A stretch of DNA of 64,000 nucleotides from an uncultured Chloroflexia bacterium (GCA_963751575.1 CAVVUX010000002.1:367984-431983); one strand, 5' to 3'. Positions 10,623-20,040 are shown, numbered from the stretch's first letter. A program made the numbers and translations. The notes: a model not told the origin generated them from the letters alone.

Positions 10623-10651
10623 CGTTTTCAAGGAACCACGATGATTTTCTG

Positions 10652-11521
10652 GTGTACAACAAAAAAATAGGTAATCTTATGGCACAGTCTGATCTAAAAA
10701 TACCCCAAATAATTATCGATGCCGATCAAGAGAACCGGAAAATTATCAATTGGCGGGAACTTTGGCAGTATAAGGACCTGTTCTTTTTTTTGGTCTGGCG
10801 GGATATTAAGACCAGGTATGCCCAATCGATCCTGGGAGTGGGTTGGGCTATTATCCAGCCGGTATTTTCAATGATTGTGTTTACTATTGTTTTTGGAAAT
10901 TTAGCAAAAGTCAATTCGGAGGGGGTACCCTATGCAATCTTCAGCTTTACAGCCTTGGTGCCCTGGACTTTTTTCTCTACATCGCTAACAAGTGCCAGTG
11001 GAAGCCTGATCAGCTCTCAACGCTTGCTTACCAAAGTCTATTTCCCAAGATTAGTGATCCCAATTGCACCTGTCCTGGGGAAGCTGGTCGATTTTGGGAT
11101 AGCTTTTCTGATACTGCTCGGTTTAATGGTTTGGTACAAAGTGACACCAACGATCTGGTCCTTACTTGTCCCGGTCTTTGTGCTCTTAATGGCGCTAACT
11201 GCTGCCGGAGTGGGAATGTGGCTGACAGCCCTGTCGATCCAATACAGGGATATTCGGTATGGCGCTGATTTTTTTGTTCAGTTGTTATTATACGCTTCGC
11301 CCGTTATCTATGCGACCAGTATCATTCCTGAAAAATTCCAAATCCTGTACGCTTTGAATCCTATGGTAGGAGTAATCGAAGGTTTTCGAGCTGCCCTGCT
11401 GGGTACTCGGTCTATGCCTTGGGAGTTTTTAGGAATTGGCACCTTAATGTCAATCGCATTTTTCCTCAGCGGGGCATTGTATTTTCGATCGATGGAACGC
11501 TATTTTGCTGATGTAGCCTGA
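10652..11521 (+). CDS. wzm: ABC-2 type polysaccharide/O-antigen export permease
   Basis: 289-aa multi-TM ORF with an ABC-2 permease layout, directly followed by an ABC ATPase gene. The alternative start ATG 10679 (MAQSDL) is plausible. Confidence 0.8.
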   Translation: MYNKKIGNLMAQSDLKIPQIIIDADQENRKIINWRELWQYKDLFFFLVWRDIKTRYAQSILGVGWAIIQPVFSMIVFTIVFGNLAKVNSEGVPYAIFSFTALVPWTFFSTSLTSASGSLISSQRLLTKVYFPRLVIPIAPVLGKLVDFGIAFLILLGLMVWYKVTPTIWSLLVPVFVLLMALTAAGVGMWLTALSIQYRDIRYGADFFVQLLLYASPVIYATSIIPEKFQILYALNPMVGVIEGFRAALLGTRSMPWEFLGIGTLMSIAFFLSGALYFRSMERYFADVA

Positions 11522-11546
11522 TTATCAAGTATACAGAAGAATTTTT

Positions 11547-12839
11547 ATGTCCAAAAACGTTATCAAAGTTGCCAATTTATCTAAACGGTACCGGATCGGA
11601 TCTGAAAAACTGTCCCGGGATACGCTGGCTGAAGTTTTCTCAGATTGGGTGACCAGACCAATCAAAAATTTACGCAGGTTGAGAAAGCTGACCCAATTCG
11701 ATCAAGTTGATCAGCAAGAAGATGATATTGTCTGGGCTCTTAAGGATGTCAATTTTGAAGTGAAGCCTGGAGAGGTAATTGGAGTTATTGGTAAAAATGG
11801 AGCCGGGAAGAGCACATTATTAAAGATCCTCAGCAGGATCACGTATCCGACGCAGGGCAGGGTAGAGCTGAACGGAAGGGTCTCAAGTTTGCTGGAAGTG
11901 GGAACCGGATTTCATCCAGAATTGACTGGTCGGGACAATGTTTATTTAAATGGAACGATCCTGGGGATGACCAGGACAGAGATCGATCGGAAATTTGATG
12001 AAATAGTCGAATTCTCAGGAATTAAAAAGTTCATCGACACACCGGTCAAGTTTTATTCAAGCGGGATGGGCGTCAGGCTGGCATTTTCAGTCGCAGCTCA
12101 CCTAGAGCCTGAAATATTATTAATCGATGAGGTTCTTTCCGTTGGTGATGCAGCCTTCCAAAAGAAATCCCTGGGTAAAATGGAAGAGGTATCCGAACAA
12201 GGTAGAACGGTGTTATTTGTCAGCCACAACATGGGTGCTGTCCGGTCACTTTGTACCCGGGGATTACTGCTAGAAGATGGTTGTCTGACCCTGGACGCAG
12301 ATGTGGACAACGTGATCAATACCTACTTATCAAGCAAAGATGTATCTTCATCCGGGAGCTTAGCCTGGACCGAGGCGGATGCTCCGCGAGATGCAGAATT
12401 AATCCTATTTGGGATACAGGTTGTATCTGAATCGGGAGATGTCAAGACTGCATATCAGATCGATGAGGGTTTTAAGATCAAAATTCATTACCAGATCCTG
12501 GAGGAAGTAAAAAACCTCCGCTTGTATCTCCGTTTTAAATCAACCATGAGCGAAACTATCTTTGCCACTTATGAGGATTCGCAGATCCAGGAAGGGTTTA
12601 ACCGCAAGCCTGGACATTACACAGCAGTCTGTAAGATTCCACCCAATATTCTTAATAATCTGACCTACCGGATCTATATTGGTTTTGATTCTCCGGGCAA
12701 TAAAGTGTTGATACCCGGGAAAGAATATCTGGAGGTTGATATTGTCGATACATCGGATGGCTATCGTTATGACAGGGATGCTTTTGATGGACCTGTCCGT
12801 CCGGTATTCGATTGGCATGTTGAAGAACGAGGCAGGTAA
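11547..12839 (+). CDS. wzt: polysaccharide/O-antigen export ABC ATPase with C-terminal carbohydrate-binding-type domain
   Basis: Walker A GKNGAGKST, signature-like YSSGMGVRLAF and Walker B LLIDEVLSVGD. About 175 extra C-terminal residues (after ~aa 255) are beta-rich, as in Wzt_C-type domains. Confidence 0.85.
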   Translation: MSKNVIKVANLSKRYRIGSEKLSRDTLAEVFSDWVTRPIKNLRRLRKLTQFDQVDQQEDDIVWALKDVNFEVKPGEVIGVIGKNGAGKSTLLKILSRITYPTQGRVELNGRVSSLLEVGTGFHPELTGRDNVYLNGTILGMTRTEIDRKFDEIVEFSGIKKFIDTPVKFYSSGMGVRLAFSVAAHLEPEILLIDEVLSVGDAAFQKKSLGKMEEVSEQGRTVLFVSHNMGAVRSLCTRGLLLEDGCLTLDADVDNVINTYLSSKDVSSSGSLAWTEADAPRDAELILFGIQVVSESGDVKTAYQIDEGFKIKIHYQILEEVKNLRLYLRFKSTMSETIFATYEDSQIQEGFNRKPGHYTAVCKIPPNILNNLTYRIYIGFDSPGNKVLIPGKEYLEVDIVDTSDGYRYDRDAFDGPVRPVFDWHVEERGR

Positions 12840-12860
12840 GGATCAGGGAAAGAATAAGCC

Positions 12861-13751
12861 ATGAAAATCATTTATTTTACTAAAGGTGTCAGGGGCAGCA
12901 AATGCCTGGAGCATATCCTGGAAAATGGTTTCCAGATTGGTGCGGTGATCGGAGTTATTCCCGAAATCGAGATCCAAAAACTGAGTGAACAGTTTGATTT
13001 TCCGGTTATATTCCTGGACAAGATCAATTCACCCGAATCCGTTGCCCGCCTAAAAGTATTAGAGGGGGATTTATTTGTCCTCTGTGGTTATAACAAAATC
13101 ATCAAAAACCAGGTAATCGGGATACCGCCACTGGGAACGATAAATTTGCATGGTGGAAAATTGCCAGAATACAGGGGTGCAGCTCCAATCAACTGGCAGA
13201 TCATCAACGGGGAAAAGACCGGAGGTTGCGCCATCATCTTCGTCGATGAGGGCATAGATACAGGGGCTATCATCACTCAGGAGATGTATCCTATCTCTGA
13301 TCAAGATACCCACGCCAGCATCCTTGCTAAAACTCTGAATATATTCCCCCGGTTGCTGGTTGATGTCCTGAGACAGGTTGAGGAAGGAACTGTGAATGCA
13401 GTTCCCCAAGACCCAAAAGCGGGTGGCTACTTTGGTCGGAGATATCCCAGTGACAGCCAGATCGATTGGGAAAATATGACAGATCTCCAAGTGCATAACC
13501 TTGTCCGCGGTATGCATGGGCCATACCCATCAGCTTATAGTTTCAGGGAAAGGCAAAAAATCGAAATTGAAAAAACGGAATTACTGATTGATTCTGTATC
13601 AGGATCACCAGGGACAGTAGCCCAGATCCGGGGCACTGGAGCGATTATCACAGCGTGTAATAGGGGATTATTGGTCAAGGATTTACGAGTCAATGGAGAA
13701 AAATTCGACCCCGCTGCAATCTTGAATGCAGGGGATAAGTTAATTTATTAG
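12861..13751 (+). CDS. formyltransferase (Fmt/ArnA-N-like; probable sugar N-formyltransferase)
   Basis: Formyl_trans_N signature INLHGGKLPEYRGAAPINWQIINGE and FVDEGIDTGAII, followed by a C-terminal Fmt-like subdomain. It lies next to DegT aminotransferase and SDR genes. Confidence 0.8.
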   Translation: MKIIYFTKGVRGSKCLEHILENGFQIGAVIGVIPEIEIQKLSEQFDFPVIFLDKINSPESVARLKVLEGDLFVLCGYNKIIKNQVIGIPPLGTINLHGGKLPEYRGAAPINWQIINGEKTGGCAIIFVDEGIDTGAIITQEMYPISDQDTHASILAKTLNIFPRLLVDVLRQVEEGTVNAVPQDPKAGGYFGRRYPSDSQIDWENMTDLQVHNLVRGMHGPYPSAYSFRERQKIEIEKTELLIDSVSGSPGTVAQIRGTGAIITACNRGLLVKDLRVNGEKFDPAAILNAGDKLIY

Positions 13752-13771
13752 CAAAACAGAGGATGGATTAG

Positions 13772-14749
13772 ATGAGTAAAGTGCTGATAACAGGTGGAGC
13801 AGGGTTTATTGGATCCTATGTGAGCAGAAAACTGCTCGATCAAGGCCATGAAGTAATTATCTATGATGCTTTTGTCCACTATATATCGCCCTTAAAGAGC
13901 GTTTTAAAGGATTTCACAGAACTGCGTTTCGAGGGGATAGCCGACCAGATCGATTTCCGGCGGGGCGACACACGGGATAAAGCGCATCTTCGCAGGATTA
14001 TTCTCGAAACCAAACCGGATCATATCCTTCATTTAGCAGCATTACCGATTGCAGATCTATCCAACAGGCACTCAGAAGAAGCCCTTGCCAGCATTCTTGA
14101 AGGAGCTGTGAATGTTCTGGAGGTACTTAGGGATGTAGATTTCGTGAATAGATTTGTCTATATATCATCATCTATGATTTATGGTGATTTTGAACAGGTT
14201 CCTGCTCCGGAGGATCATCCCAAGCGGCCGAAAGATATCTATGGTGGAACCAAATATGCTGGAGAAATACTGACCGAAACATACAGCAGGCGCTATAACA
14301 TCCCCTACAGCATCATCCGTCCCTCAGCAGTTTACGGCCCCTTCGACGTCAATCGCAGAGTAAGCCAGATCTTTGTGGAGAATGCCTTACTTGGAAAACC
14401 GATTACTCTTTATGGTGGCGGGCGCCAGGTACTGGATTTCACTTTTGTGGAAGACATAGCAGATGGGATCATCAAGGTTATGTTTTCTAAGAAAGGTTTG
14501 GGAGAAGCGTTTAATATTACTTACGGTTTGGGATACACTTTGCGGGAACTGGCTGATATCTTGCTAACTCATTTTGAGGATCTTGAAATAAAAATTGTTG
14601 AAGAAGAAGATGTATTCCGTCCCAAACGCGGTGCGCTGTCGATTGAAAAAGCAAAATCTCTGGTCGGATATGACCCCCAATATTCGCTTGATGCTGGCAT
14701 TCAGCGCTACCTGGATGTTTATCAAAACCTTGCGGTGTTCAAGAAATAA
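13772..14749 (+). CDS. NAD-dependent epimerase/dehydratase (extended SDR)
   Basis: GGAGFIGS Rossmann motif and YGGTKYAGE (YxxxK); 325 aa. Confidence 0.75.
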   Translation: MSKVLITGGAGFIGSYVSRKLLDQGHEVIIYDAFVHYISPLKSVLKDFTELRFEGIADQIDFRRGDTRDKAHLRRIILETKPDHILHLAALPIADLSNRHSEEALASILEGAVNVLEVLRDVDFVNRFVYISSSMIYGDFEQVPAPEDHPKRPKDIYGGTKYAGEILTETYSRRYNIPYSIIRPSAVYGPFDVNRRVSQIFVENALLGKPITLYGGGRQVLDFTFVEDIADGIIKVMFSKKGLGEAFNITYGLGYTLRELADILLTHFEDLEIKIVEEEDVFRPKRGALSIEKAKSLVGYDPQYSLDAGIQRYLDVYQNLAVFKK

Positions 14750-14774
14750 TATCAGTGAATCTCAGGAAAAATCT

Positions 14775-15905
14775 ATGCGAAAAATTCCCTTATGCATTCC
14801 CTATACAGGGCAGGAAGAGAAAGATGCTGTTTCTCAAGTCATCGATTCAGGTTGGTATGCCCACGGACCCAAGAACCATGAGTTTGAAGAAGGTTTTGCA
14901 AAATATCTTGGTGTAAAGTATGCCTTTTCTATGAATTCATGTACATCGGCTTTACACCTGGCAGTAGAAGGCCTGGGGATAACCGGAGAGGTGATCGTTC
15001 CCAGTTTTACTTTTGTTGCTTCAGCAAATGCAATCATAACTGGTGGCGCTCGTCCAGTTTTTGCAGACATTAATTACGACACATGCAATATTAGTACAGA
15101 ATCTATCGAAAGATTGATCAATCCTGACACCCAGGCAATTATGCCAGTTCATTACGGGGGACAGAGTGCCGATATGACGGCGATCATGCAGCTTGCAGAA
15201 AAATATAAATTACACGTTATTGAAGATTCGGCTGAGACAATTGGCGGTACTCATCATGGAAAAATGGCTGGTTCCTTTGGTGTGGGCTGTTTCTCGTTTT
15301 ATCCCACAAAGAACCTCACCACCGGCGAGGGGGGGATGCTGACCACAGATAACGACGATCTTGCCGGTAAGGTCAAAGCCCTCCTGGCACACGGTATTGA
15401 CAAATCAACCTATGAGCGGGAGGCTAAGGAAAAATCATGGTTCAGAGCTGCGAGTCTGATCGGCTATAACTTCAGGATGTCAAATATCCTGGCTGCTATC
15501 GGTGTTGAACAGCTTAAAAAACTTCCCGAGATGAATCGGAAGAGACAGGTTAATTCGGACACTCTGACCAAGGGATTAAGTTCGATTCCAGGCGTTCAGG
15601 TCCCGACTGAAAAACCAGAAAACAAGCATGTCTATCAGATGTATACCATTCGAGTGAACCCGGACATCAGGGATGATTTTGTGCGGCAGCTGAATTCCCG
15701 GGATATTGGGGCCTCGATCCATTTCTTCCCGCCCGTGCACGAAATGGTCCCGTACAGGGGACCAGAATTCAGGAAAGATGATTTGCCAGTGACAGAAAAG
15801 GTAATCAGAGAGATCGTTACCCTGCCTATGTATCCCCAGATGGAAGAAGAGGATATTTCTTATCTGGTTGATTCTGTCAAAGAAACACTTTTAAATCTGG
15901 GGTAA
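14775..15905 (+). CDS. DegT/DnrJ/EryC1/StrS-family sugar aminotransferase
   Basis: MRKIPLCIPYTGQEEKDAV is a typical N-terminus, and FSFYPTKNLTTGEGGM contains the PLP lysine. The track ORF begins at 14595, but that extension overlaps the previous gene, so ATG 14775 is preferred. Confidence 0.85.
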   Translation: MRKIPLCIPYTGQEEKDAVSQVIDSGWYAHGPKNHEFEEGFAKYLGVKYAFSMNSCTSALHLAVEGLGITGEVIVPSFTFVASANAIITGGARPVFADINYDTCNISTESIERLINPDTQAIMPVHYGGQSADMTAIMQLAEKYKLHVIEDSAETIGGTHHGKMAGSFGVGCFSFYPTKNLTTGEGGMLTTDNDDLAGKVKALLAHGIDKSTYEREAKEKSWFRAASLIGYNFRMSNILAAIGVEQLKKLPEMNRKRQVNSDTLTKGLSSIPGVQVPTEKPENKHVYQMYTIRVNPDIRDDFVRQLNSRDIGASIHFFPPVHEMVPYRGPEFRKDDLPVTEKVIREIVTLPMYPQMEEEDISYLVDSVKETLLNLG

Positions 15906-15907
15906 TT

Positions 15908-17206
15908 ATGCGGGTATTGCATGTTAATACAACCTCTCACTTGGGGGGGGCAGCTCGGGCGATGAGGAGATTCAGCCAGGCCCTGATCAAAAAGGGACAC
16001 CAGTCTCAGTTCCTTGTGGGACGAAGCAAATATCCTGAAGACCCTGACATTCACTTGATCTGGAATCAGGTTAGCGAATACCGCACTCTGCCTAACAGCC
16101 TGATCTCCAGGATTGGAAACCAGCTCGAAAAATATATAGGAATCAATTCCTGGTCCAACCGTCCCAATCTAAGATTACCTGATACCGACCTTTACAAGTG
16201 GTCAGATATCATCGATCTGCGCAATTTATTCGGTGGTTATTTCAATCTCTGGGTTTTGCCTCTATTAACAACTGGAAAACCAGTTGTTTGGAGGCTGCCA
16301 GATATGTGGGCAGTCACAGGACACTGCTCTTATCCTTATGATTGTGAACGCTGGAAATCAGGCTGTCATGATTGTCCATTATTGACAGCTCAAGGCCGGC
16401 TGAAGGTAGAACCTCCACCAACTCATTGGGATGGAACAAAGCGTGTTTGGCGCGCAAAAAAGGCCTTATATCAGGAGTCACAACTGCACATCATTGTCAC
16501 CACGGAATGGATGCGCGACCAGGTTTCCCAGAGCATACTTGGGAACGCAAGATCGATCAGCGTCATCTCGAATGGTGTGGATCTGGATGTTTATCAGCCC
16601 ATCAATAAAAAACAAGCCCGAGCAGATTTGGGACTTCCGCTTGATGAGAAGATCTTGCTTTGGTCAGCTCATAGAAAGGGAGCCTATCGGAAAGGTTTTC
16701 GGGTGGCAAATGAGGCAATGAAGATCCTACAGAATAATAATCCATTCGCACCGATGTTTATTACCATGGGCAGTCAGGAAAGATGGAACGAACCTGAGAT
16801 GCTGAGTAAATATAAACATTTTGGATTTGTCGAAGAACCTGAAAATCAAGCTTTAATTTATGCTGCTGCTGATGCGTTCTTATGCACCACGCTTGCTGAC
16901 GGGCAACCTCAAACGGCTTTGGAATCTATGGCTTGTGGAACCCCTGTGATCGCATTTGATCTTGGGCCAATGCCAGAAGAAGTTATTGACGGGAGAACAG
17001 GATTCATAGTTCAAACTCAGGATCCAGAGTCCCTTGTAGTTGGTATTGAAAGATTTCTAGATAATTTTGATAGGCTTCCGGTTCTGCAAACTAACTGCCG
17101 CCAGCAGGCTCTCGAGAAATATGATCTTGATCAGCAGGCAGAAAAATACATCAGCCTGTATTCTAGGATCTTGAAAGAGTACCCAAGCATAAATGGCCAA
17201 AGCTAA
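15908..17206 (+). CDS. glycosyltransferase, GT-B fold (GT4-like)
   Basis: MRVLHVNTTSHLGGAARA is a typical N-terminus. The C-terminal donor-binding block is ADGQPQTALESMACGTPVIAFDLGPMPEEV. Confidence 0.75.
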   Translation: MRVLHVNTTSHLGGAARAMRRFSQALIKKGHQSQFLVGRSKYPEDPDIHLIWNQVSEYRTLPNSLISRIGNQLEKYIGINSWSNRPNLRLPDTDLYKWSDIIDLRNLFGGYFNLWVLPLLTTGKPVVWRLPDMWAVTGHCSYPYDCERWKSGCHDCPLLTAQGRLKVEPPPTHWDGTKRVWRAKKALYQESQLHIIVTTEWMRDQVSQSILGNARSISVISNGVDLDVYQPINKKQARADLGLPLDEKILLWSAHRKGAYRKGFRVANEAMKILQNNNPFAPMFITMGSQERWNEPEMLSKYKHFGFVEEPENQALIYAAADAFLCTTLADGQPQTALESMACGTPVIAFDLGPMPEEVIDGRTGFIVQTQDPESLVVGIERFLDNFDRLPVLQTNCRQQALEKYDLDQQAEKYISLYSRILKEYPSINGQS

Positions 17207-17249
17207 ACCGGGGAAAAAACTTGATCTGCAATAGGATTCTAGTCCGAAG

Positions 17250-18329
17250 ATGAATATTCTTGTCACAGGTGGAGCAGGGTTTATTGGATCGAACTTTATC
17301 AGATATTCGCTGGCAAATCAATCTGCTAGCCAGCTTGTTAACCTCGATTGTTTGACTTATGCAGGAAATGTATCTAATCTGGCGGATATATCAGATCGGT
17401 ACACTTTCGTGGAGGGGGATATCTGTGATGAAGCCCTGGTGACAGATATATTGTACGAATACCGAATTGACCTGCTAGTCCATTTTGCTGCTGAGACCCA
17501 TGTCGATAAATCCAATAGGTATCCTGAGCTTTTTCACAAAACTAATTTTACAGGCACATTGACATTATTAGAGGCATTCCGGAAATATTCCCTCACCCTC
17601 GATAAAGCTGATCTGGCCCGGTTGCATTTTCACCACATTTCAACAGATGAGGTTTTTGGATCTTTAGCTCCTGAAGATGCCCCGTTTTCTGAATCCAGTC
17701 CCTTTAGACCAAACTCCATCTATGCGGCCACAAAAGCTGCCAGTGATGTTTTAGCAAGATCCTATTATCATGCTTTTGACCTTCCTGTCACGATCACAAA
17801 CTGTTCGAATAATTACGGTCCCTATCAATATCCAGAAAAACTACTTCCCTTGCTGATTATCAATGCCCAGGCAGGAAAATTATTACCAGTTTATGGTGAC
17901 GGCCTTCAAATACGAGATTGGATTTATGTCACAGATCACTGCCGAGCGATCTGGAAGGTAATCCAATTTGGAGCCGCCGGTGAGGTTTTCCTCGTTGGAG
18001 GTAATAATCAATTCACGAATCTGGAGATCGTTAACAATCTATGCGGTTTGATGGATAAAAAGCTTTCTGGTTCCAGCGATTCTCCGTATCGAAACCTTGT
18101 TCATCATATTGGTGATCGGCCTGGTCACGACCGACGTTATGCTGTGAGTACTGCTAAGATCTTGAAGGAATTAGGTTGGGAACCAGATATCACACTCGGA
18201 GAAGGGCTGGAACTGACCTTAAATTGGTACCTAGAGCATCCTGAATGGTTAGATCAGGTAATAAAACAACCGGGATATCAGCAGTGGATAAAAGAACACT
18301 ATTCCCAGAATGATAATTATCAGGCGTAA
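17250..18329 (+). CDS. rfbB: dTDP-glucose 4,6-dehydratase
   Basis: VTGGAGFIGSNF, DCLTYAGN, HFAAETHVD, HISTDEVFG and YAATKAASD are classical RmlB blocks. Confidence 0.85.
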   Translation: MNILVTGGAGFIGSNFIRYSLANQSASQLVNLDCLTYAGNVSNLADISDRYTFVEGDICDEALVTDILYEYRIDLLVHFAAETHVDKSNRYPELFHKTNFTGTLTLLEAFRKYSLTLDKADLARLHFHHISTDEVFGSLAPEDAPFSESSPFRPNSIYAATKAASDVLARSYYHAFDLPVTITNCSNNYGPYQYPEKLLPLLIINAQAGKLLPVYGDGLQIRDWIYVTDHCRAIWKVIQFGAAGEVFLVGGNNQFTNLEIVNNLCGLMDKKLSGSSDSPYRNLVHHIGDRPGHDRRYAVSTAKILKELGWEPDITLGEGLELTLNWYLEHPEWLDQVIKQPGYQQWIKEHYSQNDNYQA

Positions 18330-18370
18330 GGCAGACCCCCAGCAGGGATCAGCGGCAGAGTCAGCAGTTC

Positions 18371-18415
18371 TTGACCTGATACCAATCTAGTGTATAATTC
18401 AGTGACTGAATTATA
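18371..18415 (+). promoter_or_regulatory. promoter with overlapping perfect palindrome upstream of the MarR-like regulator
   Basis: TTGACC (18371-18376), 16-nt spacer, TATAAT (18393-18398). The perfect inverted repeat TATAATTCAGT-G-ACTGAATTATA (18393-18415) starts at the -10 hexamer. An RBS TAGGAG lies at 18421-18426. Confidence 0.7.
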
Positions 18416-18435
18416 GATTATAGGAGCGATTGTAA

Positions 18436-18924
18436 ATGGATCTTTCTCAGGAAGACAGGGAGCTCATTCTTTTAGAGAAAATTGCCAATGACCCTGATGT
18501 AAATCAGGCGACCCTGGCAGAACTTCTTGATGTAGCAGTGGGTACTGTCAACTGGCATATTAAGCGGTTGGTATCCAAAGGTTATGTCAAAGCTAAGAGA
18601 GCCCAACGAAAAAAACTTCGCTACATCATCACTCCGGAAGGTATTGCCCTCAGAGCAAAACTGACTGTTCAGTATATCGAAAACCAAATGCGTATGTATC
18701 GGGAGACCCGCCAGAATGTAAAAAAACTTCTGGCTGAGATCAGGGAAGATGGTTTTAATGAAGTGAGAATATCCGGGAAAAGTGAAATTGCAGATGTGTG
18801 CCAGCTTACCTGCCTCGAACAAGGATTTAATGTGGTTGAGAGGGGCGATATACCTGTTTTAGAAGTATCAGGTTATTCAGTTGTCTTGAAAAAAGAACCT
18901 GCCAGGGAAAACCAGGCAGCTTGA
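18436..18924 (+). CDS. winged-helix transcriptional regulator, MarR-like (EPS-locus-associated type)
   Basis: 162 aa with wHTH segment NQATLAELLDVAVGTVNWHIKRLVSKGYVKAKR. It is embedded in the polysaccharide locus. Confidence 0.65.
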   Translation: MDLSQEDRELILLEKIANDPDVNQATLAELLDVAVGTVNWHIKRLVSKGYVKAKRAQRKKLRYIITPEGIALRAKLTVQYIENQMRMYRETRQNVKKLLAEIREDGFNEVRISGKSEIADVCQLTCLEQGFNVVERGDIPVLEVSGYSVVLKKEPARENQAA

Positions 18925-18972
18925 TTATACAAAGATTAGTGCCAGAGTGTAAGTTGCAGAAAAGGAATTGAA

Positions 18973-20040
18973 ATGAAAAAAGCGATCATTACTGGAATTA
19001 CAGGGCAGGATGGATCATATCTGGCTGAGCTGCTGCTCCACAAGGGATATGAAGTGCATGGTGTGATTCGGAGAGCCTCAACCTTTAATACCAACAGGCT
19101 GGATCATCTTTATCGGGACCCTCACAATGGGGAGGAGGTTAAACTTTATCTTCATTATGGTGATCTCACGAGTTCAGATAGCCTTGAACGGGTGATCCAT
19201 GAAGTTCACCCGGATGAGGTTTACCATCTCGCTGCTCAAAGTCATGTTCGGGTTAGTTTTGACCTACCAGAGTATACCGGAGATGTTTCAGGTTTAGGTA
19301 CGATCAGGATCCTGGAAGCTATCCGCCGGTCAGGAATCAAGACCCGCTTCTATCAGGCTTCTACAAGTGAATTATTTGGAAGTGCTGACCCTCCTCAAAG
19401 CGAGCTGACACCATTTCAACCTCAGAGCCCGTACGCAGCGGCTAAATTATATGCGTTTTGGGTTACCAGGAATTACTCAGAGGGTTATGGTCTATTTGCC
19501 TGTAATGGAATTTTGTTTAACCACGAATCTCCCCGCAGGGGCGAGACCTTTGTTACCAGGAAAATAACCAGGGCAGTAGCAAGGATTAAGGCAGGAGTCC
19601 AGAAAAAACTTTACTTGGGAAACCTGGAGTCTAAACGAGATTGGGGCTATGCCCCGGAATATGTTGAAGCGATGTGGTCTATGCTCCAGCAAGAACAACC
19701 CTATGACATCGTGATCGGGACAGGAGAAGCACATACAGTTCGCGAATTTGTAGAGGAAGCGTTCAGTTATGTTGATCTCAATTACAAAGATTATGTAGAG
19801 ATCGATCCACGCTACTTCCGACCTACAGAAGTTGATTATCTGGAAGCTGATCCCGGCAAAGCAAAAAGAATCCTCAACTGGGATCCAAAAGTCCGGTACC
19901 ACGACCTGGTCAGGATCATGATGGATGCAGATCTTGAGTTGATTGGTTTGGACTCACCCGGCTTTGGAAAAAAGATTATAGATGAAAAATTTGATGTCTG
20001 GCATAAATGGGAAGACCAGGTAGTCAGCATGGGGAGATGA
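18973..20040 (+). CDS. gmd: GDP-mannose 4,6-dehydratase
   Basis: [34 protein letters not shown] and [17 protein letters not shown] are classical Gmd blocks. Confidence 0.9.
   Translation: MKKAIITGITGQDGSYLAELLLHKGYEVHGVIRRASTFNTNRLDHLYRDPHNGEEVKLYLHYGDLTSSDSLERVIHEVHPDEVYHLAAQSHVRVSFDLPEYTGDVSGLGTIRILEAIRRSGIKTRFYQASTSELFGSADPPQSELTPFQPQSPYAAAKLYAFWVTRNYSEGYGLFACNGILFNHESPRRGETFVTRKITRAVARIKAGVQKKLYLGNLESKRDWGYAPEYVEAMWSMLQQEQPYDIVIGTGEAHTVREFVEEAFSYVDLNYKDYVEIDPRYFRPTEVDYLEADPGKAKRILNWDPKVRYHDLVRIMMDADLELIGLDSPGFGKKIIDEKFDVWHKWEDQVVSMGR

Noticed and set aside
14595-14774. Upstream extension of the DegT aminotransferase ORF. Similar extensions occur at 20007-20036 for fcl and 50529-50606 for the sulfotransferase.
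   Set aside because: The extensions overlap the 3' end of the preceding well-supported gene. Internal ATGs give the canonical family N-termini.
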